64,000 bases of DNA from positions 191,347 through 255,346 of the forward strand of contig DAOMZR010000001.1 in the NCBI GenBank assembly GCA_035400585.1, read 5' to 3'. The notes under the pieces were generated by a model. That model made no database searches, was not told the DNA's origin, and was given only the letters and a program-made list of their open reading frames with translations. The stretch's first letter is position 1. Each line of letters opens with the position of its first letter. Shown here piece by piece: positions 1 through 8,700 of the stretch. Position numbers and translations under genes: made by a program. This DNA is from a bacterium (lineage in GTDB: Bacteria; Patescibacteriota; Patescibacteriia; Patescibacteriales; UBA12465).

Positions 1-1
1 T

Positions 2-1021
2 ATTGTTCAAATTTACGCTCGTGAAATTATCAATGGTCAGTTAGGAGAAGAATTTCATTATTATCTAAAATCGGACAAATCAGTCGGCTCTTCTTATTTT
101 GTTCATAAAATAAGCGATGAATTTTTACAAGAAAAGGGAAGCGATCCCGAAAAAATTTTGTTGGCTTTTAAGGAGTTTGTTGGCAATTCAGTGGTCGTTG
201 GTCATAATATCACTTTTGATATTAACATGGTTAGAGAAAATTCAAAAAGATATAATTTAAATTTTGAATTCAAGAATTATTACGATACTCTAGATTTATC
301 TAAAAGATTTTTAAATCTTGATAATTATAAGTTAGGAAATATAGCAAAAAAACTAAATTTTCAAATGGCTACTCACAGTGCTGATGATGACGTAGCCACA
401 ACTATTGAGTTGTTAATGTTTTTAAGTAATAAATTAGAAAAAACCAGTTTTGCCAGGGAGGCTGTTTGGAACAAATTCAAGGCTAAATTTATTGGTCTAA
501 GTTCTGATATAAATAATTTAGAAAAACAAATAGATAAATTGAGACCAGCAGATTTTTTAGATTTTATTTGGAAAGAGTCTGGCTTGGCTAACCACTATGA
601 AAAAGACGGTAACTTTGAACAAAGAAAAAAATCTTATCAAACACTAAAAACTTTTTTCGAAAACAGGGACGATCTTGATTTGCCAAACAGAACATCTTTA
701 TATAATTTAATTCATTACTCTGGTTTGGTAAAAAATATTGATTTTTTGGGAATTGAAAATGGTAGAATACCGGTAGTAACCATTCATCAGGTAAAGGGCT
801 TAGAATTTGATTATATTTTTTTATTGGGATTAAATGAAGGTATTTTTCCATTTTTTAAAACAGATAATTATGAGGAAGAAAAAAGACTTTTCTATGTTGC
901 TCTAACCAGAGCCAAGAAAAAAGTCTTTTTATCTTATAGTAAGTTTAATTATTACAATTATCCAGTGGCTAAAAGTCGTTTAATAGATATGATTGATGCT
1001 GATTTTGTTGAAAATATTTAA
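2..1021 (+). CDS. UvrD/PcrA-like superfamily 1 helicase C-terminal part with an embedded DnaQ-like 3'-5' exonuclease domain (5'-truncated by window edge)
   Basis: Frame is open from base 2 (IVQIYAREIINGQLGEEF...). Exonuclease-like motifs VVVGHNITFDINMV, YDTLDLSKRF and HSADDDVATT, followed by UvrD motifs VTIHQVKGLEFDYIFLLGLNEG and EEEKRLFYVALTRAKKKVFLSYS. Confidence 0.85.
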   Translation: MVQIYAREIINGQLGEEFHYYLKSDKSVGSSYFVHKISDEFLQEKGSDPEKILLAFKEFVGNSVVVGHNITFDINMVRENSKRYNLNFEFKNYYDTLDLSKRFLNLDNYKLGNIAKKLNFQMATHSADDDVATTIELLMFLSNKLEKTSFAREAVWNKFKAKFIGLSSDINNLEKQIDKLRPADFLDFIWKESGLANHYEKDGNFEQRKKSYQTLKTFFENRDDLDLPNRTSLYNLIHYSGLVKNIDFLGIENGRIPVVTIHQVKGLEFDYIFLLGLNEGIFPFFKTDNYEEEKRLFYVALTRAKKKVFLSYSKFNYYNYPVAKSRLIDMIDADFVENI

Positions 1022-1042
1022 AAAAGATGATATAATTACAGT

Positions 1043-2287
1043 ATGAGTAAAAAAATTTTAGTTTTTTGTTTGTTTTTATTTTTTTTAGGGTTTTTTGTCA
1101 AAAGCTCTAGTTTTGTTTTGGGCCAAACAATTGACGATATTGACCAGGAAATTAAGACTTTAAATAATCAGATAGAAGGACAAAGAAAGCAGTTAGAATC
1201 GGTACAAGAACAACAAAAACAGTATACGGCTTTAATAAAAAAGAAAGAACAAGAACAAGATAGTCTTAAAAATCAACTAGAAATATTAGATGATCGAGCG
1301 AAGGTGGTTGAATTGGAGATTGAAGAGGTTAAAATAGAAATAAGTAAAAACAATCTTGAAGCAAAAAAAATAGCGATTGATATTGATAATAATAACAACA
1401 AAATAAACAAAGAAAAAAATCACATATCAGATTTACTTAAGTTGTTGTATAAACAAAATAAAACAACCCCGATAGAGATAATACTTCTAAATGACTCCTT
1501 AACTGATTTTATTGATCAGGTAAAATATTTAGAAAATACCAATAGTGAGGTTAGTAAAAGCTTGGTTTCGTTAAAGGATTTAAAAGAGCAACTAGAAAAA
1601 CAAGAAGAAATATTGAAAGAGAAGGAAAAAAAATTACAAGAATTAAAAGATGAGCTAGAAAAAAAACAATTAATTCTTAGTGGAGAGTTGGAAAATAAAG
1701 AATTTCTATTAAGTGAAACTAAAAAATCAGAACAAGAATATAGAAAATTGCTTGAAATGGCAAGAAAAGAGCAAGAAAAAGCTTCTAGTGAAATTTTGGC
1801 CTTAGAAAAGAGTGTTAGAGCTAAGATAGCTGAAAGACAAAAGGTGGGGGATAAGGATGTTAATGTTTTTAGTGATAGTGGTTTTGCTTGGCCAGTTGCA
1901 AAAAATGTTATTACAGCTTCTTTTCATGATCCAGATTATCCATTCAGACGAAGTATTGGTGAACATCCAGCTATTGATATTAGAGCTGCTCAAGGTTCAA
2001 CCTTAAAAGCGGCTGCCTCTGGATATGTTGCTCGTGTTAAGTTTAATGGAACAACTGCTTATTCTTATATAATGATAATTCATGAAGATGGCTATTCTAC
2101 TGTTTATGGGCATATTTCAGGAGTTAGTGTTAAAGAAGATGATTATGTTATTCAGGGTCAAGTAATAGGAAAAACTGGTGGGGCACCTAGAACAATTGGA
2201 GCCGGGGCTTTTTCTACTGGTCCTCATCTTCATTTCGAAATTAGAAAAGACGGAATACCAGTTGATCCAGAACCATTATTGCCATAA
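1043..2287 (+). CDS. Secreted coiled-coil murein hydrolase activator / M23 family peptidase (EnvC/NlpD-like)
   Basis: Signal peptide, long coiled coil, C-terminal M23 motifs HPAIDIRAAQGSTLKAAASG, GYSTVYGHISG and GPHLHFEIRKDG. Confidence 0.9.
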   Translation: MSKKILVFCLFLFFLGFFVKSSSFVLGQTIDDIDQEIKTLNNQIEGQRKQLESVQEQQKQYTALIKKKEQEQDSLKNQLEILDDRAKVVELEIEEVKIEISKNNLEAKKIAIDIDNNNNKINKEKNHISDLLKLLYKQNKTTPIEIILLNDSLTDFIDQVKYLENTNSEVSKSLVSLKDLKEQLEKQEEILKEKEKKLQELKDELEKKQLILSGELENKEFLLSETKKSEQEYRKLLEMARKEQEKASSEILALEKSVRAKIAERQKVGDKDVNVFSDSGFAWPVAKNVITASFHDPDYPFRRSIGEHPAIDIRAAQGSTLKAAASGYVARVKFNGTTAYSYIMIIHEDGYSTVYGHISGVSVKEDDYVIQGQVIGKTGGAPRTIGAGAFSTGPHLHFEIRKDGIPVDPEPLLP

Positions 2288-2300
2288 TTAAACTTAAAAT

Positions 2301-3374
2301 ATGAAAAAAACTAATAAAAAAGCTTTTACTCTGATTGAGTTATTAGTAGTAATAGCAATTATTGGTATTTTAGCAACCTTAGCTGTTGTAGCTTTACAAC
2401 AAGCTCGTTCTCGTGCTCGCGATTCAAAGCGTGTAGCTGATATGAAACAACTCCAAACCGCTTTAGAATTGTTTTTTAATGAAAATAGTAGATATCCCAC
2501 TACTGATGAATGGAATAGTGGTTCTATAGTTTCTAGTTCTAGTGGTGAAACTTTTATGTATTCCTTACCATTAGCACCATCACCAGCTGATGGTGATTGT
2601 GCCACAGCTTCAAATTCTTATTCTTATATTCCGCAAAACAATGGGGCTAGTTACACAATTTCCTTTTGTCTAGGAAAACAAATTGCCGATTTATCAGAGG
2701 GAGCGAAGTGTTTAACACCCGGTGGTTTTGTTAATTGTTCTGGTGGGGGTGTTGAAGAAGAAACATCTGGTTCATTTGTAGATAGCAGGGATGGTAAAAC
2801 TTACTCCTGGGTTAAAATAGGTGATGATATTTGGATGAATACTAATTTAAATTATGATGGTAACTTTGTGGTTCAAGAAAATCAAGCCCCTTGTATCGAA
2901 GATGTTGTCGGTTGGAATTATTGGTCTTGTCAAATAGACAACAACAATCAAGAAAGATCTTGTTTTAACAACGTGGAAGGGAACTGCTCTTCTTACGGTG
3001 GTTTATATGAATGGTCAGAGGCAATGGGATTTCCTTATCAATGTAATTCAGCCTTTTTTTGGGATGGACAAAGTGATGATTGTGGTTTAGGCGGCAGTGC
3101 TTATGTAATAGATGCAAAACATCAAGGAATTTGTCCTAATGGATGGCACCTACCAAGTGATACAGAGTTAAGCAATTTATCAAATAATTACAACAATCAT
3201 TTTTCAGCTGATTTTCCAAGTATGTTTATTTACTTTTGGTCAGCAGTGCCAACTCAGGGATATGGACCTATTTTAGCAAAATATTTTTCTTTAGATTCTG
3301 GTGATAATTCTTATGTAAATATAAGTGAAACAAATAAATCATTAGCATCTAATATAAGGTGTGTAAAAGATTAA
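2301..3374 (+). CDS. Type IV pilin-like / type II secretion protein G-like prepilin fused to a Fibrobacter succinogenes major paralogous (FISUMP-like) domain
   Basis: N-terminal KKAFTLIELLVVIAIIGILATLAVVALQQARSRARDSKRVADMKQLQTALELFF. C-terminal DGKTYSWVKIGDDIWMNTNLNYDG, YGGLYEWSEAMG and CPNGWHLPSDTELSNL. Confidence 0.88.
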   Translation: MKKTNKKAFTLIELLVVIAIIGILATLAVVALQQARSRARDSKRVADMKQLQTALELFFNENSRYPTTDEWNSGSIVSSSSGETFMYSLPLAPSPADGDCATASNSYSYIPQNNGASYTISFCLGKQIADLSEGAKCLTPGGFVNCSGGGVEEETSGSFVDSRDGKTYSWVKIGDDIWMNTNLNYDGNFVVQENQAPCIEDVVGWNYWSCQIDNNNQERSCFNNVEGNCSSYGGLYEWSEAMGFPYQCNSAFFWDGQSDDCGLGGSAYVIDAKHQGICPNGWHLPSDTELSNLSNNYNNHFSADFPSMFIYFWSAVPTQGYGPILAKYFSLDSGDNSYVNISETNKSLASNIRCVKD

Positions 3375-3397
3375 AAAAAACATACCTATACAATTAT

Positions 3398-3424
3398 AAA
3401 AAACCCCGATATTCGGGGTTTTTA
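3398..3424. terminator. Bidirectional rho-independent terminator between convergent genes
   Basis: Perfect hairpin aaaaccccgatattcggggtttt with A/T flanks between the + pilin gene and the - recombinase gene. Confidence 0.85.
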
Positions 3425-4372
3425 TATTTTTCTATTGGAGTGAATTTTTCGATGAATATCTCCTAATTGTTTGCTAGTGACATGAGTGTAAACTTGAGTG
3501 GTGGCTATATTTTTATGTCCCAAAAATTCTTGTACTAGTCTTAAATCAACTCCTTGTGACATTAAGTCAGTTGCAAAACTATGTCTTAAAGTGTGTGGTG
3601 TAGCCATGACAGGCAAACCACTTATTTTTATATATTTTTTAACAATTGATTCAATACTTTTAGCCGTTAACCTCCTAGATTCTCCTGTTTTTTCAATTCC
3701 TGGTTTATAATTTATAAATAGGGCAGGGTCAATGTCGCTTCTTTTATCTAAATATTTTTTAATAGCTTTTAAAGCTCTTTCGGAAAAATAAACCGTTCTT
3801 ACTTTTTGTCCCTTACCAACAACACTTATTTCTAAAAAATCAGAACCGCTTTTTATTTTTATTTGATCTCTATTTAAAGCGATAAGCTCTGAAACGCGCA
3901 AACCAGTAGAGAAGAGAGTTTCTAGAATAGATCTGTCTCTTAAACCTTTTATATCGGATTCGTCTGGTGATTCTAATAATCTTTTTAATTGATCTAAATT
4001 TAAAAATTTTATTTCTCGCTCTGATCTGTCCTTGGCCAATTTTATCTTGCTAGGGGGCAGAGACGTGATGTTTTTCTCAACAAAAAATTCTAAAAGAGAC
4101 CTAAGGGCTATTAAATAGTAGTTTTGAGTACTTTTCTTAAGCGGACGATTGTTTAAAGGATTTATATGTCTGGATAGAAACAGGCGATATTTCCAGACGT
4201 GATCTTCGTTTAAGTCTTCTGGTTTTAAATCAGCCAGATTGGATGACTTCAACCACTTAAAAAAGTTATTTAGAAATCTAGAATAATTTTCTTGGGTTTT
4301 AAGGGAAAGTCCTTTTTCAATTTCGCTATAATCAAGAAAGTCCCTTAGATAAGTTATTATTGGTTTGTTCAT
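3422..4372 (-). CDS. xer: Tyrosine recombinase, XerC/XerD-like
   Basis: N-terminal SAM-like domain (YLRDFLDYSEIEKGLSLKTQENY) and catalytic motifs TGLRVSELIALN, HTLRHSFATDLMSQG and VQEFLGHKNIATTQVYTHV. Confidence 0.9.
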   Translation of the reverse strand: MNKPIITYLRDFLDYSEIEKGLSLKTQENYSRFLNNFFKWLKSSNLADLKPEDLNEDHVWKYRLFLSRHINPLNNRPLKKSTQNYYLIALRSLLEFFVEKNITSLPPSKIKLAKDRSEREIKFLNLDQLKRLLESPDESDIKGLRDRSILETLFSTGLRVSELIALNRDQIKIKSGSDFLEISVVGKGQKVRTVYFSERALKAIKKYLDKRSDIDPALFINYKPGIEKTGESRRLTAKSIESIVKKYIKISGLPVMATPHTLRHSFATDLMSQGVDLRLVQEFLGHKNIATTQVYTHVTSKQLGDIHRKIHSNRKI

Positions 4373-4423
4373 GAGGGGAAAGGTATAAATTATGATTTAA
4401 AGCTAATTATCTTATTATACTAT

Positions 4424-4451
4424 ACTTCGCATAATGTATATTAATTAACTT
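4424..4451. promoter_or_regulatory. dif: Putative dif / Xer recombination site
   Basis: ACTTCGCATAA-TGTATA-TTAATTAACTT. Shares the 16-mer CGCATAATGTATATTA with E. coli dif (GGTGCGCATAATGTATATTATGTTAAAT) and lies about 50 bp upstream of the Xer-like gene start. Confidence 0.72.
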
Positions 4452-4496
4452 TATATATTAATTATAAAGACAAACAGGCCTTTAGTCAAGATATCC

Positions 4497-4640
4497 TTAA
4501 TAAATAGTCAATCCCATTAATCTTATTTCTGGAACAAACAACAATCCTATTTTTAAAAAAATTAAAAAAACACCTACAACAACTAAACAAAAAATAAAAA
4601 TTGCTAGACCAAAAATAAATTTAAATGTTCCTTCTCCCAT
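4497..4640 (-). CDS. Small hydrophobic protein (47 aa), below the cutoff of the ORF track
   Basis: Reverse-strand ORF MGEGTFKFIFGLAIFIFCLVVVGVFLIFLKIGLLFVPEIRLMGLTIY; about 20 bp downstream of the ftsQ-like gene, same strand. Confidence 0.5.
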   Translation of the reverse strand: MGEGTFKFIFGLAIFIFCLVVVGVFLIFLKIGLLFVPEIRLMGLTIY

Positions 4641-4662
4641 ATTTTTAAATTAATTATATTAA

Positions 4663-5622
4663 TTAGCGAAAATATATTTTATCTCCATATCTAATGTCTA
4701 TATATTCAACACCCTTTAATTTGTCTCTATATTCGTTTCTAAGCATCATAAAACGTCTGATTTGGGTGTCATAATCATCTTTTAAGCTAAAAAAGACTAG
4801 AACGTCATTATAAAGCTTAACCTTGATTGTGTCTCTTGACTCATCAATGACAAATTTTTTAGCCCTAAAATCACTTTCTATACCCAAATCATTGTAAAGT
4901 TTTTTGGTGAAATCAAGGTATTCTTTGCTAATTTTAGCTTGTTTTTTTTCAAAATTAATTAAAGATGAGGTCTCGATATTTTCAATTATTGGATTAAAAT
5001 TATCTTTTAAGATATTTTCTTTTAATTTTAAACATTCATTTTCTGCTTCTAGAAGCCTTTTTTCAATGTTTTCGAGTGTTTCTTGGCTTGTAGATGCTAA
5101 ATTATCCTGATTAACTTCAATATTTTCAGAATTTTCTATATCTGAACAAACTTTTTGCTCTAAAACTAAATTAGCCTGATTATCAAGATAGTAAAAAGTG
5201 CTACCTTCTTCTAAAATATAGGCTATTTCCCTTTCCTCTATATTTATTTTTATGCCAGAAAAAGGCCCCTTTTTAACATCTAGCTTGGAGAAATTATAAA
5301 CGTTCATTTTTTCAATTAACTCTTGTTTGTTAAAAAAAACTACATTTTTTTGAGGAAAAACAAACGTTTTGCCAGAATCAACCTGATCTTGAACTATTTT
5401 TTCTATTTCTTCCTGATTAATTCTACTCAAACCATTGATTTTTATATTTTTTATAACAAATATTTGGGTAAAAAAAACTAAATATATTAGAAATATTAAG
5501 ACAATAGACCCTGTTACTAAACAATATAAGCATCTTTTTTTAAATCTTTTATTGCTTTTTTCCTTAATAAAAGGGTTATTTATCCTTTTTCCGGTTATTT
5601 TTGTAAGTTCAGCTCTACTCAT
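4663..5622 (-). CDS. ftsQ: FtsQ/DivIB-like cell division protein with POTRA-like domain
   Basis: Single N-terminal TM, then FVIKNIKINGLSRINQEEIEKIVQDQVDSG, and a C-terminal region ending GVEYIDIRYGDKIYFR. Confidence 0.7.
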   Translation of the reverse strand: MSRAELTKITGKRINNPFIKEKSNKRFKKRCLYCLVTGSIVLIFLIYLVFFTQIFVIKNIKINGLSRINQEEIEKIVQDQVDSGKTFVFPQKNVVFFNKQELIEKMNVYNFSKLDVKKGPFSGIKINIEEREIAYILEEGSTFYYLDNQANLVLEQKVCSDIENSENIEVNQDNLASTSQETLENIEKRLLEAENECLKLKENILKDNFNPIIENIETSSLINFEKKQAKISKEYLDFTKKLYNDLGIESDFRAKKFVIDESRDTIKVKLYNDVLVFFSLKDDYDTQIRRFMMLRNEYRDKLKGVEYIDIRYGDKIYFR

Positions 5623-5624
5623 AA

Positions 5625-6779
5625 TTAAACTATTTTTCTTTTAATTCTATTATTTAAACGACAAAGAAGTTCATAATTAACGATGTTGATTTTTTTGCAA
5701 AGATTTTCAACCGAATTTTCCATGTCATTTATTTCTGATATTATTTGAACTTTATCGCCAATTTCAATTTTATTGTCGAAACAATTTATACAGGAAAGGT
5801 TCATGCAAACATTTCCAGCTATTTTTGCCCAAAAAATGCTATTATTTTTGTTGAATAAAAATTTTGCACAGTTAGAAAATCTTCTATCAAGACCTTCAAA
5901 GTATCCAAAAGGTATTACTGCAATATTGTTTTGATTATCATTAACAAAACTTTCGGCATAAGAAACCTTTTCTCCTTCTGATAGTTGGTTATGGACGTTA
6001 ACTACGGTAGAGTAAAGCCTTAAAGATGGTTTTAAATTGTTTTTTGCTTGATTATAATAAGAATCACTCTCTCTTAGTGGATTATAGCCATAAAAAGCTA
6101 ATCCTGGCCTAAAGGCAGTATAAATATCGTTCTTGAGATTAAAAATTGCGGCTGAATTGCCTAGGTGAATCCATTTCGGATATATTTTATTGTTTTTAAG
6201 ATCATTCAGGGCTTCTATAAATCTATCTTCCTGTAGTTTGTTAAAATTACTGTCCGAATTATCGGCTTCGGCTAAATGAGAGCAAAAACCGGTTATCTCT
6301 ACTTGATCTAAAAATTTTTTATTATCATTTATAAACTTTGACAAGTCATCTATTCCCTCTCGGTTCATTCCGGTGTTTACAAATAAATGAATTTTAATCT
6401 TTTTACCATACTTCGACAAATATTTTAAAGTTTTTTCATTATAAATAACAAATTCTGTTCTTTTAAATTTACAATATTTGTAAGTCTTAAGTGGCATTTC
6501 TCCCAAAATCAAAACTTGACCTTTAAAATTTTTATAAACTATTTGAGCTTCAGGAAAAGAATCAACAGCCACCATCTTAATGTTGGTTTTATTTAATATT
6601 TTACAAATCTCTTTTAAACCATGTCCGTAAGCATTACTTTTTAAAACTGGGAAAATTTCTGCTTTTGTTTGTAAGGATTGTAAATAGTTAATATTGTGCC
6701 AAATACTTTTGCTTATAATTTCTATTTCATTTAAGGGCTGGTATCTTGGTTTTATTATTTCTTTTATTAAATTAATCAT
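5625..6779 (-). CDS. alr: Alanine racemase
   Basis: PLP lysine motif FPVLKSNAYGHG, plus GMNREGI and RPGLAFYGYNP. Confidence 0.93.
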   Translation of the reverse strand: MINLIKEIIKPRYQPLNEIEIISKSIWHNINYLQSLQTKAEIFPVLKSNAYGHGLKEICKILNKTNIKMVAVDSFPEAQIVYKNFKGQVLILGEMPLKTYKYCKFKRTEFVIYNEKTLKYLSKYGKKIKIHLFVNTGMNREGIDDLSKFINDNKKFLDQVEITGFCSHLAEADNSDSNFNKLQEDRFIEALNDLKNNKIYPKWIHLGNSAAIFNLKNDIYTAFRPGLAFYGYNPLRESDSYYNQAKNNLKPSLRLYSTVVNVHNQLSEGEKVSYAESFVNDNQNNIAVIPFGYFEGLDRRFSNCAKFLFNKNNSIFWAKIAGNVCMNLSCINCFDNKIEIGDKVQIISEINDMENSVENLCKKINIVNYELLCRLNNRIKRKIV

Positions 6780-6782
6780 AAA

Positions 6783-8636
6783 TTATTTAAATATAACAAC
6801 CTTGCCTTTTCCAGTAGATAATAAATCACCATCCAAATTAGTATTAATATTATTTAAATTCTGAAAAATTTCTTGTCCAGTGAAATCATCATAAGCCGTA
6901 AATTTAATATCTCTAACCAAGTCCAAAACTTTTCCCAAATCTTCTTTTCCTGGAATTAAAGTTATTTCAAAATTAGCTCGATACTTATTAATACCAGCAT
7001 CAATTTCGTTTATTTCCCAAATTAATCTTTTGCCAATTTCGGCATAAGTAAGTTTTCCATCAAGAACTCTTTTATTTTCGGAAAAATAAACATTATCGGG
7101 TAATTCAGCTGTTAAAACAAAATTTTTTAATTTATTTCCCGAGTTGTTAAATTCTAAAAATACCCAGTAATTAGTAGCTAAATCAACTGCCGGAGGCAAT
7201 GGTCCAACACCTAACTGATCACCCTGAGGACTATAATAACGAGCCAAAACACTTCCCAGGACCTCAGAAACTATCTTTGTTTTTGGTGAATAAGATATGT
7301 ATCTAACATTTTGATTATTAATTTGATATTCAACATCAGCCACTAATAAAATTTCTTGATTGGCTAAAACCTGACGTCTTTCAAAAGAAACTTCTAAATC
7401 AATTTCGCCTTCTTCCTGAGAAATCAGATCTTCAATAATAATAGTATTTTTTTCAATTCTAGTATTTTTAGGAACGGAAATTCCTTCCACCGAAGATAAA
7501 AACAAACCAATCTGACCAGAATTTAATCTAATATTAATATTTTTTATACTCTCAGAACTTTGATTGTTATATTTGATTTTATAATTAATCTTTTCTCCGT
7601 TTTCAGCAATATTTTTGTTGGAATTTATTTCTATTTTTATCTCTGGATCACTGACGTTAAAACTTAAATTATTTTCATTTTGATGAAATTTATTATTTAA
7701 AAAATCGAAAGATATTTTTGGTTTAATTTCAACATTATTAGCTTTACTCGTTAAAAAGACAGAATATTCCAAACTTTGTCTTGGCTCTATCTTTTCCAAA
7801 AATAATTTATTATTTTCTATTTTTAAGTCTGATTTTTTTAATTCAATTGAATCACTTAATTCTATTTCTAAATTTTTTAATTCTCGACTAGCATTATTTT
7901 TAATAAACAGCTTAGCTTCAACCTCGCTACCATTATAAATTTTATCTGGAAAATTAATACTAAAATCATTAAAATATTTGCTAATATTGTAAAAATAAGA
8001 ACTAGATATTCCCTCTTTACCACATTTATCACAAGCAAAATTGAAAGAAATCATTTGATGATCGCCTTTATTTCCTATGACATAACCCTCTATTTTTATC
8101 TTGCCAGTACTACCAGATGGTAAATTTTCCAAATAAAAGGTGTTTTTTTCTCCATCATAATAATTGAGTGGGGTTGCACTTTCTAAAATAAAGTTTCTAG
8201 GAAATTCTACCTTGATTTTACCATCCTTTACATCCTCATTAGTCCTATACTCCAATTCAAATGTTTTAAGTTGACCAGCTACAACATTTTGATCATCAAC
8301 ATTTATTTTTAGAGCTATTTTATCATCTTTATTGGAAAACGATATAAAAGAAAAAATAATCAAACCTATAATTATCAAAACTAAAATGACATCAGCGACT
8401 AAATGCCAAAAATTTTCCTGGTAATGTCTCTCGTGTCTTTTTTTGAGTGAATCTGATATTAAATTTAAACTACCAATAACAAAATTACCTCCTTTTTTAA
8501 CATTAACACCTTCCGGAGTAATTTTTACTGCCTGTTCTTGATCTAAACTAGAAATCTCTAGATTACTATTTACAGGTTCAATAACCTCCAGATTTCCATC
8601 ATTTTTATCAAATGTTTCTTGGTTATTTTTATTCAT
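6783..8636 (-). CDS. Membrane-anchored protein with repeated extracellular Ig/DUF11-like domains
   Basis: One TM (VLIIIGLIIFSFISFS) followed by repeated YRTNEDVKDGKIKVEFPRNFIL and YKIKYNNQSSESIKNINIRLNSG-type beta domains. Confidence 0.55.
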   Translation of the reverse strand: MNKNNQETFDKNDGNLEVIEPVNSNLEISSLDQEQAVKITPEGVNVKKGGNFVIGSLNLISDSLKKRHERHYQENFWHLVADVILVLIIIGLIIFSFISFSNKDDKIALKINVDDQNVVAGQLKTFELEYRTNEDVKDGKIKVEFPRNFILESATPLNYYDGEKNTFYLENLPSGSTGKIKIEGYVIGNKGDHQMISFNFACDKCGKEGISSSYFYNISKYFNDFSINFPDKIYNGSEVEAKLFIKNNASRELKNLEIELSDSIELKKSDLKIENNKLFLEKIEPRQSLEYSVFLTSKANNVEIKPKISFDFLNNKFHQNENNLSFNVSDPEIKIEINSNKNIAENGEKINYKIKYNNQSSESIKNINIRLNSGQIGLFLSSVEGISVPKNTRIEKNTIIIEDLISQEEGEIDLEVSFERRQVLANQEILLVADVEYQINNQNVRYISYSPKTKIVSEVLGSVLARYYSPQGDQLGVGPLPPAVDLATNYWVFLEFNNSGNKLKNFVLTAELPDNVYFSENKRVLDGKLTYAEIGKRLIWEINEIDAGINKYRANFEITLIPGKEDLGKVLDLVRDIKFTAYDDFTGQEIFQNLNNINTNLDGDLLSTGKGKVVIFK

Positions 8637-8700
8637 ATTTTTATCTTTTATATGTCTTAATTATAGTTTATTTTTGATTTAAAAGCAATGTGATTTTTTT

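Noticed and set aside
588-851. Reverse ORF of 87 aa inside the helicase/exonuclease gene.
   Set aside because: Fully antisense to a well-supported coding sequence; no motif.
1802-1993. Reverse ORF of 63 aa inside the M23 peptidase gene.
   Set aside because: Antisense shadow ORF, low-complexity composition.
2294-2605. Reverse ORF of 103 aa inside the pilin-FISUMP gene.
   Set aside because: Antisense to the clear prepilin N-terminal motif.
3498-3710. Forward ORF inside the xer gene.
   Set aside because: Antisense to catalytic motifs of the recombinase.
4421-4445. Similarity of cttcgcataatgtatatta to loxP (CTTCGTATAATGTATGCTA).
   Set aside because: The dif interpretation matches better (identical 16-mer core of E. 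coli dif and a neighbouring Xer gene); no loxP-type inverted 13-bp arms are present.
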